From the NCBI RefSeq assembly GCF_009914755.1, contig NC_060938.1: a DNA stretch of 64,000 nucleotides. One strand, written 5' to 3'. A program made the position numbers and the translations under genes. Source of the stretch: the human T2T-CHM13v2.0 reference genome, Homo sapiens. The notes under the pieces are model-generated. The model was not told the DNA's origin. It worked only from the letters and a program-made list of their open reading frames with translations, and made no database searches. The stretch's first letter is position 1. The number at the start of each line of letters is the position of its first letter. Below are positions 49,397 through 63,556 of the stretch, piece after piece.

Positions 49397-49805
49397 GGCT
49401 AGGCGTGGTGGCTCACATCTGTAATCCTAGCACTTTGGGAGGCTGAGGTGGGAGGATCGTTTGAGTCTAGGAGTTCGAGACCAGCCTGATCAACATAGCG
49501 AGACCCCCATCTCTCTTTTTTTTTTTTTGTATTTGAAATTTTTATTTTAGGCTGCAAAAACAAAAACAAGCAAACAAACAACAAATAACTTGAAAATAGG
49601 CTTGTCAAATGATGTAAATTCATCCTTTCCAGGGAAGCGGAAGGTAGACCATCCTGCTTCACTGCTGCTTGCACTCTGTTGGGTTTTGATCCTTCTTTGG
49701 GTCATAGTCTGGATCATTTTCCTCATCTCCTCCTTCTTCCCCTTCCTCATCTGCTTCTTCACCTTCTTCATCATAATCATCACCCCATCTCTTAAAAATA
49801 ATAAA
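49397..49805 (+). mobile_element. Free left Alu monomer (FLAM-like) interrupted by the NAP1L1 retrocopy
   Basis: Left-arm Alu sequence 49397-49514, A-rich tail resumes at 49794; 19-bp TSD CCAAAAA(C/T)TCTCAGGTGGA at 49378-49396 and 49806-49824. Confidence 0.9.
49516..49782 (-). pseudogene. NAP1L1: 5'-truncated processed retrocopy of NAP1L1 (last ~40 codons, 3'UTR, poly-A)
   Basis: Encodes DDYDEEGEEADEEGEEGGDEENDPDYDPKKDQNPTECKQQ*, the NAP1L1 C-terminus with two substitutions as I recall it; AATAAA at 49541-49546; A13 tail at 49516-49528; 10-bp TSD CCCCATCTCT at 49505-49514 and 49783-49792. Confidence 0.92.
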
Positions 49806-50907
49806 CCAAAAATTCTCAGGTGGAAAAACTATGACCTTCACTATTGTGCTGCACACTACGCACTGGCACCGGGAGGAAAGAGTGGCCAGCCTACCCCAAC
49901 TGCACACCTGGGACGCCCATCAGCTGCTCTCTCCAACACGTGCGGCTGCTCTATGGTGCAGGGCCAGCTGGGGAACCAGGCTTGTCAATGTGCTGCGAAC
50001 AAGCCCAGTGTGCTGCTGGACTCCGGATCCTGGAGTCCTCCCCCACTCCCTTCCTGGCCACAGACAGCCCCAAGGGTGGATGAAGCCCACGGGTGATGCT
50101 CCAAACCCTGACCCTCAAATCCACAGCACGGGGGTGGTTCTTAGGGCACCATCCACCCAACGGCAAAGGATACTACAGTTCCCATCCTCTAAAGATGACA
50201 AACTTTTTCCTTCCAAAGCACATTCTCCCCATGAAGAAATGCAGTGTGATCCCTCAGATCCCTGGAAGCCTTTTCTAATGAGCCACATGGTGAGACCGGC
50301 ACTACCAATCCTTTTCTAAGACAGACAAGGTCCACCAGGACACAGCACGCTCAGGTAGTTTTACTTTGAGGTTTGGGTGTGCTGCTCTGCAAGACCCCAA
50401 AGCACACAGAGCCCACGTGGAAAGTGTCACCCACCGGCCAGGAGGTTTACCTAAGAAGTCTACCAATGAATGCCAGCCCACCGCAGCCAGGGCCCCAACA
50501 CACCTTTCCATCTCTACCCCAGACCCAGGGTTCTCTCACCCCACAAGTAACTTTAGCACAAGAAACGCCCTCACGGCATGTACTCCCCACCACCCCCACC
50601 CCATCAGGCCTCGATTCTGACAGACAGCAGCACCCTGACGCATATTACGAAGGTGGGAGCCTCCTACAGCCTCAGTGAGAAGGTTCCCAGGAGGAGGAGC
50701 TAACACAGTGCCAGATGTCTCGCAGCTTGCCCAGCCCTGGGAGGTGAGGGTTTCCGTGCCCACTTGGCCCACAGAAAACCTGTGTTTGGAGAAGGGCCTC
50801 AGGTCACAAGGTGGGCGGCAAGGCCAAACTCGGACATCAAAAGCTGGTTGCCCCTCTTTGGTAGTCCAGGGTGTGCCGAACAGGGGGCTAGATATTCCAG
50901 GGTTTTA

Positions 50908-51063
<156 letters not shown>

Positions 51064-51199
51064 CTAAAAGCCTGCTTTTGTCCTGGGTGGGGCACAGGGC
51101 TTGCTGCCTATGACACATCTCCACCTCCTAGGAGAACTGTCCACATGCATTTCTATATCAGAGGCCACACAGTACAGAGAAAAACATTGGGCCAGGAGC

Positions 51200-51320
51200 A
51201 GAATGGCCTGTATTCCAATTTCAGGTCTGACACTCACTAGCCATGTGTGACCCTGAGCAAGCCAGTTAACATCCCAGGGCCTCATTACCTATCTGTAAAA
51301 TGGGGACAATACTTCCTGAA
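51200..51320. mobile_element. MIR
   Basis: cactagccatgtgtgaccctgagcaag...gcctc...atctgtaaaatgggga. Confidence 0.72.
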
Positions 51321-51327
51321 CCATCTA

Positions 51328-51954
<627 letters not shown>

Positions 51955-53107
51955 TCAAATGGGAGGGAAGCCTTGTGGATTCCATCTTAGAGGCCAGCAC
52001 ACTTTCTCCTCACGCCCAGCGCCAAAACAGCCCTGGGCTCTGCATTCATGGGCTATGACCCAGGCTAGCCCCACTTTAGGGGCTTGGGACCAACTAAGTC
52101 ATCTCTGCCAGAGAAGGTAGCCAGGACCCACCACAATGAGGTAGTACTGGGCATCCTCTGTGATGAAATGCAAAAGTGGTGGTAATTGTTAATATTTGTG
52201 TACTAAGCGCCCAGCACCATTCTAAGTATTTTAAATATACTAACTTATTTATCCTCAGTCTAATCTAACCTTGTTGTGATTCCCACTTTATGAATGTGGA
52301 AAATGAGGCATAAAGATGCAGAGTGACTCGCCCAAAGTGGAATCAGCTTTTGGCGCAACTGTCCACATCCAAAACGCACAGCCTAACACAAGGACTTGTT
52401 CTGGGAAAAGAAAATCAACCACGGGGCTCTAAACACACAATGTTTACGCAAAGATAATTTAACTCCTTTATAGAACTGACAGTCAGTTTCAAGGGGCTGA
52501 GCTGTGTTACTGAACCTCTCAGCTCCGTTCCCACAACCACAGAACCTCTACGGGTTGTCATGGAGAGTGCCAACGTCCGGGCCATGGAGGTTTGGCGAAT
52601 TGGCTCAGATGACGGTTACACTCCGCTGCGTCTTCTTCCAAAGGCCCAGTCAGGCCAAGCTACCTCCGCAGCATGTGTGGCGGGAACCACACACGATATA
52701 GACAAAACTGCTCCCAGGAAGGCAATGACAGTTGCCGCCTATAAGAGCTCTCTTTCTGTTGCCCCCAGATTTCCAAAGCCAGATGGAAACTGACAAACCT
52801 GAACTCTCTTGCCTGCTGGGTTAGGCCCTGGACAAAGGCACTAGGAGGCAGACTAGACAGGCCTCCTCCCGTCGCTCTGACCACAAGAAGTGCACGGGCC
52901 AGCTGTCGCCACTCCAGGGAGTTTCCACAAGGCTTTATGCAGCCACAGGAAGATTCCTGGTTGATGCCTGACAGGGAAACAAGGAAAGGAGGGAAGGCAG
53001 CACCCTGAGAGACAAGAGCCGAGATGCTGATGGCATGGACAAAAACCACTTAATGGCCCATGTTTCAGTTTTCTTGTTGGCTAAACGAGGAGCAGCTTGG
53101 GCAGGAT

Positions 53108-53316
53108 CAGCAGTGCCCAACCCTGGCTGCACGTCGGAATCACCTCAGACAACGGCTTTTAAATAATACTGACAGCCAAGCCCACTTGGGCCAGTTAAAT
53201 CAGAAACCCTCACTCTACAAGGGGTGGGGTCCAGACAATGCATTTTAAGGGCTCCCCATTGGTTCTGCCTTGCGGCTGGGGATTCAGGTCCCTGCAAGCT
53301 TGAACATTCCACTGCT
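53108..53316. mobile_element. MER5-family fossil
   Basis: aaccctggctgcac..ggaatcacct...aatcagaa...tgcatttta..gctcccca. Confidence 0.65.
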
Positions 53317-54809
53317 GAGCGAAGCCACACACCATCAGGACTTGCTCTGAAACCATCCCCCTTAGAGTCACCATCAGCCTAAACACAGAGGAGCAGTTAC
53401 CACGCCCCAGCGATATCCCCACTGTGCTGCGGCCAGCAAGCGGGAGACGGCCAGGGTGTGAAGGGCCCTAACCAATGTATGACCAGATTTCTGTCATCTG
53501 TCACACAGAAGTGAGCTCCAGCTCTGCTATTAACTCACCATGTGGCCTCAGCCCACCCCCCGCTCCACCTCCCATGTAAAATGAGGGGACTGGGCCTCGT
53601 GGCTCTAGGCTGCCTCGGCCCAGCTTCTCAACGTTCTTGACACTGATGCTACAGCCTCCAGGCCTCAGGTGCTCAAGGCCCAGGCAGGTACCAGGTAGCG
53701 CCTGTTCTGGAAACGTCCAGGGCTAAGGTGTCTGCCATAGCAACACTAGATCCCTCTTTTCCTGAGTGACCTGAGCTATAGCAGCCTTGAGCAGACGGTG
53801 ACCGCGTCTGCTGCCCAGAGCTTAACTCAGACGCTCACAGTAAGCTCTCAAACTGATGTATAAACAAGAAACACACACAGCGAGCTGTCAGCCACTCGCA
53901 AAACAGCGAATGACTTAAAAAGGATCGAAACACTCAAACACGTGACATTTCAACCAAACACAGACTGAGATCCGCTCTAACTGTGGGCCATGACTCAAGC
54001 ACACTTGCAGCGAGGGATGTGAACTTCTCCCTTTGGGGCTGGTGGAAAGGACTTCCCTGGGTATTAATAGCCCTCAGCTGTCCCCACGAAAGCCACAGAT
54101 TCCCTTCCAAGGGAAGGGCCACAGGCTCCGCAGGGAACCCTGAAGCACCTGAATGTGCTGAGGTGGCAGGATGGTGCGTGAGTCTCTGTCTTCTTCAGAC
54201 CCCATCATTCATGTGACAAAAACAAAAGACAGAAAATAAAGCACCGAGGGTCCTGATTCTGCTCAGCCTGTCAGAATATTAGTCTGCACGCCAGCCCAAC
54301 ATGAGGTTCAAGGGAAACTGAAGTACACAGAGACACTCCTGTCCCCCACCTGAATGAGGAGCCAATTAGTTCATCTGAAGACCTGCCTGGCCCTTATGGC
54401 CTCAGCAGCTACTGGTCAAGTGGAGTGGGGGTAGTTTACAAACCAGGGAGGGACAGGTACGGTGAGGAGGGAAAATGGCTCCATCCAGGCTTCCTCCGAG
54501 TCCAAACGTTAAGAGAAAAGAGGGTCATGGGCCCTGACCTCTGCTCCATCCTCCTCCTGGCCTTCCCGGCTTCCCCAGGGGAAAAGTCAACAACTGCTCT
54601 TGAAGATGTGATTCCAAGTTCAAAGTCAAGGTCACTGACCCCAAAGGTTTCAAGTAGAAAGGGATGCTTCCGTGTCTGACAGTTTAGTCCTGCTTGATTT
54701 AAGCATGAGCTTCTAAAAAGCCTTGCTATCCTAGGACTATCCATCATCAACAGGAGTACCTTGGCTGCTGGGGCTTAAGAGGAATTGCTTTGATGTGGAA
54801 AAACCTCTA

Positions 54810-55394
<585 letters not shown>

Positions 55395-56524
55395 TTACTT
55401 TGTTCCCTCAGTGGAGCAAGTTGCTACTTTCAAGGCGGGGCTGGGGTTCCAAACCCCTTATGATGACTGTCACACACATTCTTAGTAGATGCCCGATTCT
55501 GCTCCTTGACACAGATTTAAGCACGGCGTCTGGCACATAGCCATATGTTCCACAGAAACCCTCCATCCGCTTAATTTATGCTTTTGGCATCTCCACCTCG
55601 TTATCAGACTGGAGAGGGTGGGGACTCTTCTCACTCAGTGCAACACCGAAAGTATGCCCCGTGCTCTGTGCTAAATGAAGAAAAACCAAGCTGGCATCTC
55701 AGAGGCGCTCCTGTTCATTAAAGCCTCCCATCACAGAGAACACTGGGGCAGTGACGCACAGGCTGCCACAGGGCCCTCACCCCTCCAGCCTCTGGGTTTT
55801 CTAACTAACTGTTCCAAGTCAGTGTTGTGGGTCACCAGGAGGCAAAGTCCATGGCCAGCCCACTGCACCTTCCCAGTGGCCAGTGGCCATACCAAAGTCG
55901 CCTTCCAGGTACACATGCGAAAAGCCAGTGGCTGGTCCCATCCTATTACAGGATTCCCAGAGCCTAAGGGAGTTACAAAGAAAAAAAAACCCAAACAACA
56001 GATTCCAAAGCCCAGAGAATGGGGTGGAAGCACCCCACTTCCTTTACCTGGTCTCCCATCACCTATCAGAACCAGAGAGCGCAGAGGACAGGGGTCTCCA
56101 GAAAGGAAGAACATGGATTCGGTCCTCAGGCTCACCACTTCCTTGTTTTAAGGTCTTGGGCTCTGGGACAAGGTTCCCAGGGTCCTTGGTTTCTCTGAAC
56201 TTCTGTCTCCTCATCTTTGAGATGAGAATAAATGCCACCTAGTGAAGGTGAAGACTGAAATGGGAAGGAAGTAAGGATTCTTAGCAGCAGTCCTAACACC
56301 CACTGCCTTCAACACCAAGCGCTTAACACAATGGCAGCCACACACCAGAATGTTCTAGAAGCCTGAGAAGCTTGCCCATTCACTGGCACCTGTGTGTTGA
56401 GCCTCATGCTGGACCCAGGGAATGCAGAACACAGTTCTTTTAGTTTACCATCATCCTCACAGTACAAACTCTCTTCCTGCTAAAAACAAAACAAAACAAA
56501 AAAAAAAACCCACTGGGTGCCCGT

Positions 56525-56705
56525 TTTTAATTGTGGTAAAATATGCATAACCTAAAAAAAAGCTTAAAATGGTTAAGTTTTAAGTGTACAGTTCAGTGGC
56601 ATTAAATACATTTATGCTGTTGTGCAACCATCCCCACCATCCATTTCTAGAACTCTTTTCATCTTGCAGAACTGAAATTCTGTACCCCTTACACAAATAA
56701 CTCTC
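56525..56705 (-). mobile_element. Old L1M(B) 3'-end fragment
   Basis: ttttaattgtggtaaaata...tttaagtgtacagttcagtggcatta...gttgtgcaaccatc...aactgaaattctgtaccc. Confidence 0.8.
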
Positions 56706-56723
56706 TGTGTTTCTTGCTTTTTA

Positions 56724-57081
<358 letters not shown>

Positions 57082-57155
57082 CTATATTCCTTTTTCTTGT
57101 TTTTAAAATTTTTACTCTACTCTGGAGCTGAAAGTCCGCTTTCCAGCTACTTTCT

Positions 57156-57211
57156 TTTTTTTTGGAGACGGAGTCTTGCTCTGTCGCCCAGGCTGGAGTG
57201 CAGTGACGCAA
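57156..57211 (-). mobile_element. Severely 5'-truncated Alu (about 48 nt plus tail)
   Basis: 14-bp perfect TSD TCCAGCTACTTTCT at 57142-57155 and 57212-57225. Confidence 0.9.
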
Positions 57212-57944
57212 TCCAGCTACTTTCTAAACTCTTTCCAACTAAATCTGAACATACACTTGGATCTCAAAGTTGCCTCATGAGTTCACTCCCTGGCTCCATT
57301 TGGCTGTTCCTGACTCTCTAGTGCCTCTGGGGCCTCCAGGGTAGCAGCTCCCATGGCCACCATGACAGCTGCTCCCACTGACCCTGTTCCCACGAACACG
57401 GCCACCTCCAGAGGTTCCAGCTCTCCCTTCCTGAACCTGTACCTAGGAGGAGTTCAAACAGACCCAGAACTTAACATGCTCTATAAACTCTGGCTTCAGA
57501 TCACCCTTTCCTACATGCCACCCCCAACCCTGCCAAAACAAAACAAAAGCAACAACAAAAATCCCTATCCAGGAAACCTAGAGGTGGGAGTCGGTGGACA
57601 TGGAGCTCCGAGGGGCTGGCTTCAACCACCCAGAGCAGGGAAGGACACCTTAATTAGGGCTAGAGGAGGAGAACCTTTTCAAGGGGAAAGAGAAACGAGA
57701 GAGGCTTCAGCTGGTCACATTTCCAATTCCTTTCTGTTCAAAAGGAATGAGATCAAAAGGCTTGTCAAAGTGGCTTTGCCTTTAGAAATCAATTTACCTC
57801 ATCTTTTAAACCCAGAGCCGATAATAACCCAGGGTTTCCATACCAGCGATGCATAAAAGAAGGAACATTTTAAAGCCCAGCCCAGCCCGAGGACCTGGCC
57901 CTTTGGAGTTCTTGAAGGCAGCACCAGGGACCCCAGCAAGGGCG

Positions 57945-58057
57945 GCCCCTCACTGCAACCCCTCACTGAGCCCCCTCACTCTCACCGCGCCCCTCACTCT
58001 CACTGCGCCCCTCACTCTCACTGCACCCCTCACTCTCACTGAGCCCCCTCACTGCAC
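57945..58057. repeat. Minisatellite, ~18-bp unit CCCCTCACTCTCACTGCG
   Basis: About four full and three partial units. Confidence 0.9.
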
Positions 58058-58838
58058 TTCCTGGGAGAGGCAGAGGCTGCCGGAGTCCCCGCCCTGAGTG
58101 AGTCTGCAATGTAGGGTGGGACACAGAGAAAACAAGTCAGGGCCAGGGGTGTGATGACAGCGATAATGATGTTAAATTCCAGAGAGTCCTCAAGGCCTCA
58201 CATAGCGAAAAAGGAAAGGTGCTGGGGAAGGAGAAACTGCAAGGACAGGACGTGTGAGGCAGCGGGAGAGGGAGAGACAGTACCGGAGTCCGCTCCCGGA
58301 AACGGCCCCTGGGCACTGGGCTGGGCATTTCCCAGGCACCAATCGCTCACTGGCTCTCTCAGAATCACTGCAACCCAGGGAGGGGAGTGCAGTCATCACC
58401 CCCATCTGACAAAAGAGGAACAGGCTAGGAGGGGTTGGGCCGCTTGCCCCAGGTCACACCAGTGTCAGGGCAGCCCTGGAGGACAAGAGGAGCTGCCCCG
58501 GGAGAGGCTGAGCTGGGAGATGACAGGTCCAGGTGCCAGCTATTCTGTCCGCAAGTAGGATGGGAGCCCCCCCACCCCCTAAACCCCCAGCCCTGCAGGC
58601 AGAGGGGCAGATGAGGCAGAGGCAACCTGAGCGAATTCTACCTCCCGAAGGAAGAAACAAGGGCAAGGTAGGAGAAGGGGTACAGACAGAAGCGCCCTCC
58701 CAGACGGCCCACACCTCAGCCCCGATCTGGCTTCCTCTGAAGGTCTGGACTACCTGTTTTGGATTAACTGCCCCAGGTGGTTATCAAAATAGCCCAGAGT
58801 TCTCAGAAACCACCAACGCTTCCTTCTTCTGGCATCTA

Positions 58839-59170
<332 letters not shown>

Positions 59171-62023
59171 CTAGAAGACCAATTGAGCACAAAAAGTGCC
59201 AGCTGCTCCGGAGTTTCTGTCCTTTAAGTAGCCACAATTCCACACTTTAAAGGCACGTAAATCTGACTTGCTGGGCAGAAGGTGAGCCTGTCTGGTTACT
59301 AAGGTTTGGAAAGGAGGCAAAAATTTTAGTCTTAAAATTTTAAAGTCATTCAGCCTAAACCTTAGAATGCTCAGGGGAGCCAAGCTGGCTAGACAAAGTT
59401 GAAAACAATCAATTTAATTTCCACCCCCCAGGGACTGAGCCTCCCAGTACCTGACATATGGCATTTCCATCAACAAAGCAAACACCACATGAAAAGCCTA
59501 CAGGTCTGCGTGAAAACAGTAGGGGAGCCCTAAGCTCCAGCCCAGCCCCCTCACTGCATTGCACCTCCATACCGGTTTACCCCTGTTTACCCTCTAAACA
59601 GTCAGGGTCTGGGTCCCTGCCATGTGTCAGGGACACAGAGGAACAAGGCAGGCCCCATCCTCTAATTATTCAACAGTCTAGAAAGGGCAGCAGGTCGGGG
59701 GCACTTTGCAGGGTCATTTTAACCTAGAGACAGGATTCCCGGCCCAGGCCTGGTGTGACACCGTGCTCCCTGATTGTAATGACTTATTCTCTGAATTATT
59801 TACTCCACTGAATGGTGGCCTCCGTTGTTATGTATCTTGTCATTAACACATGCTGACTGACGGCAGACACATTTCCATGCTGGTGTGACAGACAAACAGA
59901 AAGATTCAGTGCCTGCTTTTAAGGAATTCTATTGCTGGTGAGGGATAAAATCATGAGGCTTCCTTTGATGAGATAATATGTGTAAGTCACTCAGCTTAAA
60001 ATAAAACGATCATACAGGAGAAAAACGTGCAGGGCTAGAGACAGGCACACGTGCACACTCGCAAGATTAATCCAAATGAATCAGAGCGCATTACTCCGGG
60101 AGGGGTCCTTGGATAATCCGCTCAGTAACAAATGAACACAGAGTGGCCAGGGGACGGGCCTTGGGTGGGGGGCCTGCCTGCCACCCCTCTGCCAGACGGG
60201 TGGGCATCCTCCCCTCCCACCCACGTGTCCCCTGAGTACAAGGCCTTTGTAGAACCCCTCCTACAACCCTCCCAGGCTGGCACTATTAATATCTCCACTT
60301 TTCAAATAAGAAAGACTCTCAGAGATGAAGTAACTTACCCAAGGCCACAAATCTGAGGGGTACGCTCAAAGGAACCCACCATTCGACCTTGTGCCTCTGC
60401 AGATGGTGAGGCTCTTGGTTGTTTTTCCATTTCTATTTGGATTTGTGTCTCCTGCCTCCCAAGACCCCTACCTGCAAGTAACTGCCCCCTCCGCCTGCAG
60501 AATACAGGTGAACAAGTACGTCCCCTGCAGAGTCAGCCTGGGACCCAGAGCTGTCGCTATTATTATTCACTGATTAAAGAAACGTCTTGTGATCTCATTT
60601 GAGCCTCACAACCACCTATAAGGTAATTTTTACCCCTGCTCTACAGGTGAGGTTGGACGATGCACCCTAAGTCACACTGCTGGGAACAGTGAACACAAGC
60701 TTCTGGACCAGGGAAAGCGTTCAGGGACCCAAGCTGACACAGTGGCAGAGCTCTCATCATTCCTGCCTTCCCACCTCCCATTCCACCTTGTTCTCTGGCT
60801 TCACTTTTCTGGCCTTCGGGTAACCAAAGAAGTCACCCCACAGAGCTGGCTCACCCACTTCCACCAGGCAGTGGCTAACGTTATCCCCCAGCCGAGAAGG
60901 CAAACCTGCCTGCTCCCTCCCCAGGCCACCAGCCCCCAGGCCAGGATTGCCCAGCTGCAGCTAAGGAAAGCAACCAGAGGCTTCTCCCTAGAGCTGCAGT
61001 GTGCCCCATCTCTTCCCCTACAGAACACCCCTACATGTAGAATTACCACCCCTCAACCCTTAGCCTCCCCGAAACCCAATCCCAAACCAATAGAACCCTC
61101 CCAGTGGAACGTGGCAGCCTTGACTCTTTATCTGAAATCTCTGCCTCCCCCCTAAATACCACCAACTCAGAACTGGGGGTACAGAGTGCGGCCCCTTCAA
61201 CTTTTACAGTACTGGCTGAAACCACCAATTTAAGACCAGCACTTCCTCATCCTCCTTCCCTCGACATTCCTCTCATTACTAGAAAAATAAGACGACAATT
61301 ATATCGCGACAATTACATCTCGAAGGATCAAGGGGCCCTGGATGCCAAGGCGAAGCAGCAGAGAATCTCTGCCATTCCCCAAAGAAGAGCTGAATAACAA
61401 AAACTGTTACGAGCCCTGGAGGTGAGCCACGCAGCCGGCTTCACGGAGAGGCAGAGCCTGCCTGGGCAAGTTCTTCTTCAGAAACTCCTTTTGACAAACC
61501 AGTGAGAACATCAAACATGCTGATCCTGGCATCTAACACCAAACCCAAGGCAAAGGAGAAACCTCTGTTTTTTCTTTTTAACGACTTGAGAAATCCATTT
61601 CTCTCCTTTCTGTCACAAAAGGAACTGGTTCCTCCTGCCACTTCCTCCCACTTTGGCGTTTAGGGTATGTCCATAAAGTGAGCTGTGTTTCCAACCTTCA
61701 TTCACGCCCGCATCACTCGATTCCCACAACACTCATCACCCACAAGTGCAGCTTTCAATCGGAGCTGAACGAGAGCTAACTAAGAATGAGCCCGACAAGC
61801 ACCGGGAACACCAAGCACAGCTCACTCGCGGCTTCTGCAAGCTTAACATTCATCGTTTCAGCCATAATTTTTCCGGAAGCACAAATTCAGACCCCTTGCC
61901 CTCCGATCAGGGGATCACTCAGCTTCCACTCCCAGAAGCTTTGTTGCTTACTTTGTGCTCCCCAAGATGGGCTCATAAACACACATCTCTGTAAATAAAT
62001 GGCCATGAATTAAGAAACAACTT

Positions 62024-62273
<250 letters not shown>

Positions 62274-62678
62274 ACTTGAGCAAACGGTGAAAAAATCAAT
62301 ACTTGACATGGTAAGATAACCTGTATCAGAAACATGATTCTGGAACAAACACCAATAGGGGAGGGAGAGGGGCCTGGGGGAAGTCCCGATGTGTCAATGT
62401 CCAGAGGTGGGCAGGTCTCCAAGCAGACCCTGTGAGGCTGCATGTTCTGAGCATCTGGGCTCGGTGCTGTGCCCAACAGGCCCAGGCAAGGGGACAGCCA
62501 CAGGGGCCTGGGTGGCATCCCCAACACCAGGAGTGAAAGCAAGACTCCTGAGCCAAACCTCCTTCCCGCAAAGGCTGAGGAAATGATGGCCGCTCCTGAA
62601 ACAGGAGAAAAGCCCCAGCAAATCAAGGTCTTGACTCAAGTCCTAGAGAAGGAAGCCTCAGAGAACAGAAAGACTGTG

Positions 62679-62745
62679 TACACACACACACTCACACACA
62701 CTCTCACACTCACACACTCTCACACTCATACTCACACACACACAT
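62679..62745. repeat. Compound (CA)/(CT) microsatellite
   Basis: acacacacacactcacacacactctcacactc... Confidence 0.92.
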
Positions 62746-63556
62746 TCTCTCCATCTCCTTGCCCTGGCTGAACTCCAACTCTGCTAATTACATCAAACCC
62801 ACCTTTCGCCCTCTGCAACACCTGCAATTAACCCTGAATCTCTGCTTCCTGCCGCTCTGGGGTGAGGGGTGAAGTCTGAGGCCAGCTGCTCCCTGTTCCA
62901 CCCTCCGCCCAACCCCGGAAGTTTCAGAGGTGCCTGAAGCAACCCGGTCCCTTCCTCTGGGCTCCAGGCTGGTGTGAAGCCGGGTTATCACGGGAGCCCA
63001 CACTCCCAGCTGGGGGGCACACCACACGCAGCACCCCCACCCCACTGCGGGTGCAGATCCTGACTGGCCCTGCCAGCCTTTACAGGACAGCACGTCCACC
63101 TGCAGCAAGTTACCTCCCTACATGATTCTAGAAAGCCTGGCTTTTAGAAAGAAGCTTCTCCAAGCAGCTGATGATGAAGAAAACTTGCAGCTTTCCGGGG
63201 CTGTTTCCTGATCTTGCTCCATGAGCCTTGGTTTCCTAATCTATCGAATGGAGACAGTAATTTCTTCTTTATAATACCGAAGTAACAGTGAAAAATGACG
63301 AGGCTCTAAAGCCCCCAGCATGGGCACTCAGTAAAGGTTAAGCTCCCTCCCATTCATCTCTCAGCCTTTTGATTTGGGCACAGATCTGAGTCCCACAGTT
63401 CCTCGCTGCTATCTGATATGCCTGGACAGCATTTCTTCTGACAACAAAAAGGAGAGAAAAGAAAGGAAAACAAGTCCAACTGGCACTCTAACAGCTTACA
63501 GAAACCAAATCTGCCTCCCAAGAGGTTTGGGCGTTCAGCACACCACCAGGTCCTCA

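Noticed and set aside
49659-49907. Stand-alone 82-aa NAP1L1-like gene
   Set aside because: Non-ATG start, and the N-terminal half is flank and Alu-tail sequence; only plausible as a spliced terminal exon.
49547-50096. Lys/Met-rich and hydrophobic 'membrane-like' ORFs (49547..49783 minus, 49590..50096 plus)
   Set aside because: Alternate and antisense frames of the low-complexity NAP1L1 acidic-tail sequence.
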